Assembly (NCBI RefSeq): GCF_049243625.1
Contig: NZ_CP046975.1
Length of the DNA stretch: 32,000 nucleotides
Reading direction: 5' to 3' (one strand)
DNA from: Corynebacterium amycolatum
GTDB lineage: Bacteria > Actinomycetota > Actinomycetes > Mycobacteriales > Mycobacteriaceae
Shown here: piece after piece, positions 18,325-26,478 of the stretch
Position numbering within the stretch: position 1 is the stretch's first letter
How the letters are laid out: each line of letters starts with the position of its first letter
Notes under the pieces: model-generated
What the model was told of the DNA's origin: nothing
What the model saw: the letters and a program-made list of their open reading frames with translations, nothing else
The model's database searches: none
Position numbers and translations under genes: made by a program

Positions 18325-19449
18325 ATGAGGGAGCTGAAGCCAGTTCTGGACGGCGATGTGACCGATTCACTGATTCTCGTTCCCGCTGATATCACCGAGC
18401 AGGAACGGCAGGAGGGACTTCGCTTCACGCTGCCTCTCGACGAGAACCTACGCACTTTCCTGGTCGAGCACTTCGAGCTCGCCGATGCCACCGGTTCCCC
18501 TGCTGCAGCTGATTCCGCATCGCTTGCCGACGGATCAAGCACCACCACCGCCACTGCCAGCGGTAGCTCTGGGGAGAGTGCTACCGCAGAGAGCGGTTCC
18601 ACCGACGAAAGTTCCACTGGTGGCAGCACAGCGGACGCCACCACTGCAAGCGGCGGCTCGGCCGAAGGCAGCGAGGTGGCTGACAACTCCGGTGCGTCAG
18701 GCGGGGCACCGAAAAAGACTCCAACGGCGCCGAAGCCAGTTCTGGAAGAGCCTCGTGTCGTTTTGTCGCCGCGCGAGATTCAGGATCGCATTCGCAGCGG
18801 CCAGACGGTCGAGGAGCTCATTGAGTACAGCGGCATGCAGCCGCGCAAGATTGAGTCCTTCGCCTACCCGGTGCTTGCGGAGCGCGCACGTATTGCGGAG
18901 CTCGGCAAGCAGTCAAAGCCACGTCGCATTGATGGCCCGGCCAAGTTGTCCTTGTGGGAGATTCTCGCCACCGCTTTCGCCGCCCGTGGTCAGGAACTCG
19001 CCGATGCCTCGTGGGATGCCTACCGCGACCCGAGCGGACAGTGGATTGTGACGGTTACTTGGAATGTCGGCCACACCACCAACGTGGCCGAGTGGAGTTA
19101 CCAGGCGGAGGGACTTTCCGCGCTCACCATTGCTCGCAATGAGCTGGCAGCAGAGCTGATTGACCCCGACTTTGCCCGCCGCAACCGAGACTTGGCTCCG
19201 CAGGCCAATCGAGCTGCTGATACCGCGGATACCTCTGAGATGCCAGCCGCATGGCAGTCTTCGGCGGAGCCGCAGCGAGGCCACGGGGAGCAGGACGTTC
19301 CGTCGCAAAGCGACGCCGACGACGATGTTGACGAGGCGGAGTTCTTGCAGCACCCGGACGCGGAGCAGCCGAAGCGCAAGAAGAAGACTGTCATGCCGTC
19401 GTGGGAGGATGTGCTTCTCGGCGTACGTCCGAACGGCCCGAAGAAGTAG
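18325..19449 (+). CDS. sepH: DUF3071-domain cell-division protein SepH-like
   Basis: Start moved to ATG 18325 (MRELKPVLDG...) with AAGGAGG 7 nt upstream. HTH-like segment LSPREIQDRIRSGQTVEELIEYSGMQPRKIESFAYPVLAERARIAE and conserved C-terminal KKKTVMPSWEDVLLG are as I remember for SepH/Rv0883c. Residues 55-137 are a Ser/Thr/Gly/Ala/Glu low-complexity insert. Confidence 0.8.
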   Translation: MRELKPVLDGDVTDSLILVPADITEQERQEGLRFTLPLDENLRTFLVEHFELADATGSPAAADSASLADGSSTTTATASGSSGESATAESGSTDESSTGGSTADATTASGGSAEGSEVADNSGASGGAPKKTPTAPKPVLEEPRVVLSPREIQDRIRSGQTVEELIEYSGMQPRKIESFAYPVLAERARIAELGKQSKPRRIDGPAKLSLWEILATAFAARGQELADASWDAYRDPSGQWIVTVTWNVGHTTNVAEWSYQAEGLSALTIARNELAAELIDPDFARRNRDLAPQANRAADTADTSEMPAAWQSSAEPQRGHGEQDVPSQSDADDDVDEAEFLQHPDAEQPKRKKKTVMPSWEDVLLGVRPNGPKK

Positions 19450-19464
19450 GAGTTTTCCTCGACA

Positions 19465-20370
19465 ATGAGCTCCATGACCAGTGGCAACGCTTCTGATTTC
19501 GAATTCTCCGCGATTCGCCGCGGTGTAGTCACGATTTGGTTTATCAGCACCAATGACCCTGCTGCAACCCTGGAGACAGGTGTTCAGCATGACCGCGGTT
19601 TCGGGCGTCGTTTCCTAGCTCTCTATGATTCGACGCTGCCGGTAACACCGATTGGTGATTTCCCGCTCAACCGCTCGGCGGAAACCGGTGACGGCGAATA
19701 CTACATCGGCGGCTTTGAAGGCGTTGCCGTACTGCAGACGGTTCTCGACGATGTCTCGCAGCTGTCCCAGCTGTCGCCTCGTCTGCGCCAGGAGATTGCC
19801 GCCACGGACGTCTACGCGAGTGTGTCGAATAAATCCACGGGCTTCGGTGCCTTTGCGCATTGGCACGATGGTGAGCTCAAGCGCGCTTTCTCCGCTACTC
19901 GCTACCGCACACTGGAAGACATCGGTCTTCCCTGCCCCGCAGAGGGCAGCTTCTGGGCGGGCAAGCACCGCCCAATGCCCGACGCTTCCGAAGGTACGGC
20001 TTCACGTCCACGCGAAGGGGTCGGTTTGCCGTTCATTCCGACAGAGCTTGCCGACGCCGTCATCACCGACTGGCTTGGATTCGACCCGCATTCGCCCGCT
20101 ACAGATATCCCTGTTAGTGGTTTTGCGGTCGATGGCCGTCGTGCGGCTCCCGGAACTTCGTATTCGACATCTCGTAGTCCGCGCGGGCTAATGAGTGAGC
20201 CGGGTTCCTCCGAGTCTGGCGCAGAGCTTGACCGCGCCTACGACGACTACGAAGTTCACAACGCAGAGCCGAACCGAGACTTTCTGGAGGAGCTCAGTCG
20301 CTTTGGTGCTAAGGCCAAGAACTTCGCTGGCCGCACCTGGCAGCGGGCGCGAGGCAAGTTCGGGAAATAG
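19465..20370 (+). CDS. Conserved hypothetical protein (301 aa), function unknown
   Basis: Coding-like composition and codon bias. It starts 15 nt after the sepH stop on the same strand. The N-terminal two thirds look globular, followed by a disordered Ser/Pro/Gly linker and a basic aromatic C-terminus (FLEELSRFGAKAKNFAGRTWQRARGKFGK). The SD AGGAG is 12 nt upstream, so the start is uncertain. Confidence 0.7.
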   Translation: MSSMTSGNASDFEFSAIRRGVVTIWFISTNDPAATLETGVQHDRGFGRRFLALYDSTLPVTPIGDFPLNRSAETGDGEYYIGGFEGVAVLQTVLDDVSQLSQLSPRLRQEIAATDVYASVSNKSTGFGAFAHWHDGELKRAFSATRYRTLEDIGLPCPAEGSFWAGKHRPMPDASEGTASRPREGVGLPFIPTELADAVITDWLGFDPHSPATDIPVSGFAVDGRRAAPGTSYSTSRSPRGLMSEPGSSESGAELDRAYDDYEVHNAEPNRDFLEELSRFGAKAKNFAGRTWQRARGKFGK

Positions 20371-20373
20371 TTT

Positions 20374-21246
20374 CTACTGCCCTGCGCGCTGCGACTGAAC
20401 GCGTAGTCGCTCGTAGAACGCAATCGCTGCGGAGGTAGCCACATTCAGGCTGTCAGTTCCCGGTGACATGGGAATGCGGGCACGCACATCGGTGGCTGCC
20501 ATCGCGTGCTCGGTAAGTCCCTGCCCCTCAGCACCAACGAGAATCGCGACCTTGTCCGTGTCCATGGCATCCCACAGGTCCACCGTGCCCGCAGGGGTCA
20601 TCGACACCACGCGGAAGCCCTGCTCTTTGAGCTGGTCCAGGCTTCGCTGCCAGGTGGTCGTAGTACCGGGCAGAGTCGCAAATGGGACTGTCAGCACATG
20701 CCCCATGGAAACACGCACGCTGCGGCGATACAGCGGATCGGCGCAGGCCGCGCCGAAGACAACCCCATCCACGCCCATGCCCGCCGCGTTACGGAACAGA
20801 GCCCCGATGTTCTCGTGGTCCCCAACACCCTCCATCACAGCCAAGGTGGTTGCTCCACTCAGAACTTGGTCCACCGAAAGCTCCGGCGCGCGGTCAGCGG
20901 TGGCCAGCAGGCCACGGTGAAGATCAAATCCGGCCGCTGCGGCCAGAACCTCGCGGTCGAGTTCAAACCAGGGCACAGTTTCCGCAATATCGGCCTCGCT
21001 CGCGGTCAGTCCGTCGGCAAGCAATGCGAGCTTCTGGCGAGTACCAAAGACTGCGCGGAGCGGAAAGCGTGAACGCACTAACCGCGGCACAATGAGCGTG
21101 CCTTCGGCGATAACCAGGCCCTTCCCACCGGGCAAATCGGGGCGGGAATCGGACTTGTTGAGGTTGCGGATGTCATCGAGACGGCTGTCGGCGGGATCGT
21201 CGACGACGATGGGCGCAAAGCGTTCGAGGGATGTGGTGGTACTCAT
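20374..21246 (-). CDS. SpoU/TrmH-family RNA 2'-O-methyltransferase
   Basis: 290 aa. SpoU motifs DHENIGALFRNAAGMGVDGVVF, VAILVGAEGQGLTEHAM, IPMSPGTDSLNVATSAAIAFYE. Confidence 0.9.
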   Translation of the reverse strand: MSTTTSLERFAPIVVDDPADSRLDDIRNLNKSDSRPDLPGGKGLVIAEGTLIVPRLVRSRFPLRAVFGTRQKLALLADGLTASEADIAETVPWFELDREVLAAAAGFDLHRGLLATADRAPELSVDQVLSGATTLAVMEGVGDHENIGALFRNAAGMGVDGVVFGAACADPLYRRSVRVSMGHVLTVPFATLPGTTTTWQRSLDQLKEQGFRVVSMTPAGTVDLWDAMDTDKVAILVGAEGQGLTEHAMAATDVRARIPMSPGTDSLNVATSAAIAFYERLRVQSQRAGQ

Positions 21247-21255
21247 GGAAACTCT

Positions 21256-22770
21256 TTAGCCGCCCAGCAGAGCGGTGAACGGATCGGCAGCGAAGTAGAT
21301 GACGAACAGGCCGGAGACAATCCACATAAGCGGGTGCACGGACTTGGCACGACCCGAGAAGATAGCCATCGCAGCAAAGGTGATGAAACCGATGCCGATA
21401 CCATTTGCAATCGAGTAGGTAAACGGCATGGTGACAATAGTCAAAAATGCCGGCAGTGCGATGTCAAAACGAGTGAAATCAATCTCGGTGATCTGCCCAA
21501 TCATCATGGCACCGACGATGACCAGCACAGGCGCGGCAGCCTCGATGGGCACGATTTCATAGAGCGGGGTGAAGAACATCGCCGCCAGAAAGAGGATGCC
21601 GGTGACAATGTTGGCAAGGCCAGTGCGTGCACCATCGGCGATGCCCGCTGCGGAGTCCACAAAGACAGTGTTCGACGAGGAGCTGACTGCACCGCCGACG
21701 ATGGCACCGGTGCCTTCGACAACCAGTGCGCGCTTCATGTCCGGCAACACACCGTCTTCATCGACAAGTGCGGCCTGCTTGCCCAGACCAGTCATCGTGC
21801 CCATGGCATCGAAGAAGTTAGCCAGGACCAAAGTGAACAGCAGCATGGTGGCGCTGAGGGCACCGACGCGGGCAAAGGAGCCGAAAAGATCCACAGCTCC
21901 AACGAGGGACAAGTCCGGCATACCACCTACACGGTCCGGCAGAGTCGGCACCGCGAGATTCCAACCGGTCGGCACTGGCTTGCCATCAGCGAAGGAGGGG
22001 CCCGCATCCGTCAAAGCCTCGACTGCGAGCGCAATGATGGTATTCAGCACGATGCCGATAAACAGGCCGCCGGGAATATTGCGGACAACCATGATGCCGC
22101 AGATAATCAGCCCGAGGACGAACACGGCGGTTGGCCACGAGGCAATCTGGCCATTGATGCCGAGCTGCACCGGAACAGTCGTGCCCGCGGCATCGGGAAT
22201 ACGGCGAACCAGGCCACCGTCGACCAGACCAATCATGGCGATGAATAGGCCGATGCCCACGCTCATCGCGGCCTTCATATCGGACGGAATCGCGTGGAAG
22301 ACAGCTGTTCGGAATCCGGTCAGCGCCAGCAGCACGATAATCACGCCGTCCAGCACGACCAGGCCCATCGCTTCTTCCCAGGCCAGCCCCTCGTTAGCAA
22401 CGAATGTCACGGCAACCAGGGTGTTGATGCCCAGGCCCGTCGCAATGCCGAAGGGGTACTTGGCAAAGAGACCAAAAGTAATGGTCATGACGCCCGCGGC
22501 GAGCGCGGTGACAGCGGCGACCTGCGGTATCCCCAGGCTATTGCCGTTGACATCCTCGATATTGCCGAGGATCAGCGGGTTGAGCAGAATGATGTAGGCC
22601 ATCGCGAAGAAGGTCACTACGCCACCGCGAATCTCGGTTACGGTCGTCGAACCGCGCTCCGTGATGTGAAAATAGCGGTCCACTGCTGAAAGATGGCTCC
22701 CCGACCGTGCAGGCTTGGAGTCCTTCGCCTCATCTGAGGATATTGCAGAGGTGGACGTACCTTTGTCCAT
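21256..22770 (-). CDS. NCS2-family purine (adenine/guanine/hypoxanthine) permease, AzgA/PbuG-like
   Basis: 504 aa. VDRYFHITERGSTTVTEIRGGVVTFFAMAYIILLNPLIL is the typical N-terminus of this family. About 13 TM segments. The stop is 9 nt before the TrmH-like start. Confidence 0.9.
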   Translation of the reverse strand: MDKGTSTSAISSDEAKDSKPARSGSHLSAVDRYFHITERGSTTVTEIRGGVVTFFAMAYIILLNPLILGNIEDVNGNSLGIPQVAAVTALAAGVMTITFGLFAKYPFGIATGLGINTLVAVTFVANEGLAWEEAMGLVVLDGVIIVLLALTGFRTAVFHAIPSDMKAAMSVGIGLFIAMIGLVDGGLVRRIPDAAGTTVPVQLGINGQIASWPTAVFVLGLIICGIMVVRNIPGGLFIGIVLNTIIALAVEALTDAGPSFADGKPVPTGWNLAVPTLPDRVGGMPDLSLVGAVDLFGSFARVGALSATMLLFTLVLANFFDAMGTMTGLGKQAALVDEDGVLPDMKRALVVEGTGAIVGGAVSSSSNTVFVDSAAGIADGARTGLANIVTGILFLAAMFFTPLYEIVPIEAAAPVLVIVGAMMIGQITEIDFTRFDIALPAFLTIVTMPFTYSIANGIGIGFITFAAMAIFSGRAKSVHPLMWIVSGLFVIYFAADPFTALLGG

Positions 22771-22926
22771 TTTTATGCCTCTCTAGAGTCTCTTTTTATC
22801 CGTGTCACGTGTTTGTCCGTGTCAGAGCGGAATTTTTGTGCCGAAAGCCGCCACAGTGCAGTCTCTGGGACCACAGCGGTGTTGAAACTGCACCGTCTTC
22901 GTCATCGCGTTTGCCTAGGCGGGAAG

Positions 22927-23619
22927 CTACAGGTGCGAATCCTGGTAGGGTTCCGCCACGGGAGCGCCCTGCCCCGTTACTTCCGGGATAGCTGAGTGAG
23001 CACCACAGCCGTGGTCAAAGCTTACGGCCGTGGCATCGAATGTCCATTCGTTGACACACACGCCCCAGTCCTTACCGAGCGGCCCGGTCAACGGGACCAT
23101 AAAGGCACAGGTTCGGCAACGGTGCAGTGCTTCCCGAGCAAAGTCACTCTCAGAGCCGGTATCGCCCTCTTCCCAGCGCTGCTCGGTATCTTCCACACCA
23201 CGCGCCGACAACGTGCGGGTCTGCAAATCATCGCCGTCGAGTCGCTCATCTCCTACCGCAGCCGGCAACAGATCACGCGGACCGAGGTCACCGGGGCGCA
23301 ACCGCTCCTCGTAGGGCACCCATTCAGGCGCCTGCAGCGCGGTTTCGCCAGGGACAAGAGCCACTTCACTGACCGTCGCCTGTTGAGTGCCCGGCGCGCA
23401 CGCAACTACCACATGCCACTCCCAGCCCCTGTATCCGGGCAGGTCAGCTGCAAAACGATGCACCGCAACGCCCTCGCCTACGACACTTACACCAGTGTGC
23501 GCGCCGGCAGGCCCCTCCCCCAGCTCTTCAATCGCGGTACGGGCAGTGTCGACCGCCTGGTGATTCATCACCTTCCCCCGTCGGCGGCTGTTTCGGGAAC
23601 GTCGTCGATTTTCAGTCAC
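22927..23619 (-). CDS. DUF3027-family protein with C-terminal Cys/His cluster
   Basis: The C-terminal region HRCRTCAFMVPLTGPLGKDWGVCVNEWTFDATAVSFDHGCGAHS matches my memory of DUF3027. An alternative start ATG 23568 (MNHQAVDTARTAIEE...) would remove an Arg-rich 17-aa extension. Confidence 0.8.
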   Translation of the reverse strand: MTENRRRSRNSRRRGKVMNHQAVDTARTAIEELGEGPAGAHTGVSVVGEGVAVHRFAADLPGYRGWEWHVVVACAPGTQQATVSEVALVPGETALQAPEWVPYEERLRPGDLGPRDLLPAAVGDERLDGDDLQTRTLSARGVEDTEQRWEEGDTGSESDFAREALHRCRTCAFMVPLTGPLGKDWGVCVNEWTFDATAVSFDHGCGAHSAIPEVTGQGAPVAEPYQDSHL

Positions 23620-23642
23620 GTTTCCTATCCTAGAGTGAAGCT

Positions 23643-24803
23643 ATGGACAGATTCCCGTCGGGCGACGCAAAACCCGCCCGCCCCTTCCACTCATCACGCT
23701 TTACGACGGCCCGAGCTGCCATCCTCTCCGTGGCAACTGCCGTCCTATTGGCCGGTTGTGCGACTGAAACAGGTTCAGGTAGCAATTCCTCAGGCGAGGC
23801 CCCAGCTAGTGGAGCGAGTGCGGGTTCGAACTCCGGCACCGCCGGAAGGTCGACTTCAGCTTCGGTTAACCCCTCCGAGCTGGTCGGTGCCGATACGGTG
23901 CCGGGGCTCGGTGACGTTCCGACACTGAAACTGACGATCGAGCAGTACTATCCCATCTCCGCTCCACCACTTCCCGCTTCGAAGAATGTCACTGCACCTT
24001 TTGTCCAGGGCCTTGAGTTCGAACCGGATGGCTCTTTGTTGATGGGCACCGGCCTCTACGGTGAGTCCCAGATTTACCGATTACCACAGTGGCTCGACAA
24101 TCCCGCAGTCGAGCCGACCAACGTGGAAGATTTACAGCCTGAACTCTTCGGCGAGGGACTTACCCGTCATGGAGATACCGTGTGGCAGCTGACGTGGAAG
24201 GAGGGACGCGCCCTAGAACGCGATGCGGCTACTCTCAAGCAGCGTCGCGAGGTTCCCTTTGACGCCGAGGGGTGGGGCGCGTGCTCCTTCGATGACACCA
24301 TCGTGACCTCCGATGGCAGTGGCACCCTCACTTTCCGCTCCCCTGATGACCTCTCATCCCTGCGTCAACTGCCCGTCACTGCGGCAGGCACGGAGACAAC
24401 GTGGCTCAACGAACTCGAGTGCGTCACTGTCGACACCGACGTAAATCCGGAAGCAGCTCCGGACGAAGCACCGGCGGACACGAGCGATTCAAACAGCCAG
24501 AGCAACACAGACGGACCAACCTCCCCGCAATCGCACCGCGAGATTTGGGCCAACGTCTGGCAGAGTCCATTCATCTACCGCATCAACCCAGAAGACGGAA
24601 AGGTCACAGGCATCGTCGATGCCACCGAGCTCTTCCGCGACCTGCACGCGCAACTCTCCCCGGCAGCGCGAAACAGTATTGATGTGCTCAACGGCATTGC
24701 GCTGATGCCGGATTCTTCGTCTACCTCGCCCAATGGAACCCGTCAGTTCCTGCTTACAGGGAAGAAATGGCCCACAGCCTACCGTGTTACCGTGAGTGAA
24801 TAG
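23643..24803 (+). CDS. Lipoprotein with glutaminyl-peptide cyclotransferase (beta-propeller, plant/bacterial QC) domain
   Basis: Lipobox LLAG-C (Cys39). QC-family blocks FVQGLEFEPDGSLLMGTGLYGES, FGEGLTRHGDTVWQLTWKEG, EGWGACSFDDTIVTSDGSGTLTFRSP, LNELECV, IWANVWQSPFIYRINPEDGKV, VLNGIAL, LLTGKKWP. There is an acidic low-complexity insert at aa 262-299. Confidence 0.85.
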   Translation: MDRFPSGDAKPARPFHSSRFTTARAAILSVATAVLLAGCATETGSGSNSSGEAPASGASAGSNSGTAGRSTSASVNPSELVGADTVPGLGDVPTLKLTIEQYYPISAPPLPASKNVTAPFVQGLEFEPDGSLLMGTGLYGESQIYRLPQWLDNPAVEPTNVEDLQPELFGEGLTRHGDTVWQLTWKEGRALERDAATLKQRREVPFDAEGWGACSFDDTIVTSDGSGTLTFRSPDDLSSLRQLPVTAAGTETTWLNELECVTVDTDVNPEAAPDEAPADTSDSNSQSNTDGPTSPQSHREIWANVWQSPFIYRINPEDGKVTGIVDATELFRDLHAQLSPAARNSIDVLNGIALMPDSSSTSPNGTRQFLLTGKKWPTAYRVTVSE

Positions 24804-24880
24804 CAGTATCTGGCCCGAGAACGGCTAGTGTGACTGAACGTAGCTTCAATTCCGTTACGAATGTCGGGAAGTGAGAGTTG

Positions 24881-25420
24881 ATGGGATCGAGTAGGCGCCG
24901 CTGGCAACAGAATAGTAAGGCGTTCGTGGTTGTCGGCGCTATTGTCGTGGTGGGTCTTGTCGTCACCGGCATCGTCCTTGCTGTCAATAAGTGGACCAAC
25001 CAGGCAATCGACGACCCACACGCGCTGTCCATCGAGGTCATTCAGGACGGCGAAACCACAGAAGTTCTTCCCTACCGCGTCTGCGACCTCTTTGAGAAGA
25101 ATGCCTGCACCACGACTGAGGCCAACGCCGCCAAGATCTCCCTGGGCGAGCAGGAGACGGCTGAGGTTAACGTCGGCTCTACTGTTGGCTCTAACTCCTG
25201 GACTCTGCAGCGCTTCTTCTCCGACGATGCGGTCAACTCCACCTCTCGCAAGGATCCGGGCGAAGCCACTACCGAGACCATCGCTGGCTCCGCAGCTGTT
25301 GCCGGCAAACGCACCCCACTCGGGGTCGTGGAGGTTTCCACCGCGCTCATCGGAAAGAACTCCGAGGGCGAAGAGACCACCTACGGTATTACTTGGTCGA
25401 TTGTCAACGAACCGTCGTAA
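24881..25420 (+). CDS. Membrane-anchored exported protein of unknown function (possibly DUF2771-like, unverified)
   Basis: ATG 24881, with the track ORF starting one codon earlier at TTG 24878. GGAAGTGAGAG lies upstream. An N-terminal basic segment plus a single TM (AFVVVGAIVVVGLVVTGIVLAV) precedes a soluble domain of about 140 aa. Confidence 0.7.
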   Translation: MGSSRRRWQQNSKAFVVVGAIVVVGLVVTGIVLAVNKWTNQAIDDPHALSIEVIQDGETTEVLPYRVCDLFEKNACTTTEANAAKISLGEQETAEVNVGSTVGSNSWTLQRFFSDDAVNSTSRKDPGEATTETIAGSAAVAGKRTPLGVVEVSTALIGKNSEGEETTYGITWSIVNEPS

Positions 25421-25428
25421 AGCACAGC

Positions 25429-25475
25429 AAAACGCCCGCTCACTGAGGTTTTCCACTTTCATGAGCGGGCGTTTT
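25429..25475. terminator. Bidirectional Rho-independent terminator
   Basis: 14-bp stem AAAACGCCCGCTCA (25429-25442) / TGAGCGGGCGTTTT (25462-25475), with A/T tracts on both sides. It lies between convergent genes. Confidence 0.85.
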
Positions 25476-25491
25476 CACGTCTTCTAACGAT

Positions 25492-25923
25492 TTACGAGTC
25501 CAGCTCGCGCGCGACCGCACGCAGGACTTCAGCCATCTGGTGGCCGTCCTTACGCTCCGGGTAACGCCCGGCGCGCAGGTCACGCTGCACCGTCGACTCC
25601 AGCATGGAAATCATGTCCGAAATCATGCCGTTGAGATCGCTGGGGCTGTACTTCTTCGCTTGACGACGGGCACCTGCGCCCCCACCTGCCCCGCCACGGC
25701 GGTGACGGGCACTGCGCGGTCCCTCGTCGAGCACCTTGATCCGGAGGGCCTGTGGGCCTGGGCGGCCGTCAGCGTAGTCGTACTCCAGGCGCTGACCAGT
25801 TACAAGCTCTTCCACGCCTTTCGGCAGCACGTTCTTGCCGATGTAGACATCTTCACCGTCCGGATTCGACACGAAGCCAAAACCGCGATCCTTGTCGTAC
25901 CACCTGACCTTACCGATGGGCAC
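25492..25923 (-). CDS. cspB: Cold-shock-domain protein with C-terminal extension (CspB/Rv0871-like)
   Basis: (V->M)PIGKVRWYDKDRGFGFVSNPDGEDVYIGKNVLPKGVEELVTGQRLEYDY is a CSD. The C-terminal part ...YSPSDLNGMISDMISMLESTVQRDLRAGRYPERKDG...VLRAVARELD resembles Mtb CspB as I recall it. I prefer GTG 25923. The track start GTG 25962 adds 13 residues that duplicate the true N-terminus. Confidence 0.85.
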   Translation of the reverse strand: MPIGKVRWYDKDRGFGFVSNPDGEDVYIGKNVLPKGVEELVTGQRLEYDYADGRPGPQALRIKVLDEGPRSARHRRGGAGGGAGARRQAKKYSPSDLNGMISDMISMLESTVQRDLRAGRYPERKDGHQMAEVLRAVARELDS

Positions 25924-26462
25924 TTTCCACCTAACCTTCCCGTGCCCTACGACTGGGGGCACTCAACCTCGTTCCCCTTGGGCAGCGGTGACTGCCCTTC
26001 GGGGTCTTCGGATCGGAGATGCAATTCTTCCGCACTCGCCACCGTCCTCGCACGCACAAACGGCCAGAGTTAGAGGCTCGATTGAGGCGAGCTTGGCCAG
26101 ACAGGACCGCGAGGATATGCCGGGCCGGGCGCTGTCTTAATGGTGTTCCTTTAATTAAGGTGCGACCAAAACGGGACGCACTCCAACCGGGAACACATTA
26201 TTTATTACTGCTTACTAGTGCGAAGTGGCGGCAGCGGTAGCGGCGTGCATGTGCACGTCACCTCCGATTACCTAAAGAACTCAATTATACCCATAGATGG
26301 GGACATAAAGGGAAGATGGATTTGTGGGAAGCGAGCACCCTCGCGGATTGACGCACAGAGACTGCAACGAACTGCCAGCGTTGGTTCTTCTTGGCTATCT
26401 CTTATGGCCTCTTTTTCAAGTGCCGGAGACGCGCCAAAACAGGAAAAATAACAAGACGATAA

Positions 26463-26478
26463 CGTGAGCTTTATCACA
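26463..26478. promoter_or_regulatory. GlxR/CRP-like palindrome (cGTGA-N6-TCACA)
   Basis: CGTGAGCTTTATCACA against the GlxR consensus TGTGANNTANNTCACA gives 9/10 half-site positions. It is about 315 nt upstream of the rpf ATG and about 100 nt upstream of the riboswitch-like blocks. Confidence 0.4.

Noticed and set aside
22771-22926. Purine (guanine/adenine) riboswitch upstream of the NCS2 purine permease
   Set aside because: I looked on the minus strand for the conserved UAUA..GGAUAUGGC...CUACC...CCGUAAA..GACUA-type core and found nothing similar. Purine riboswitches are also uncommon in Actinobacteria. A cmsearch with RF00167 would be the formal test.
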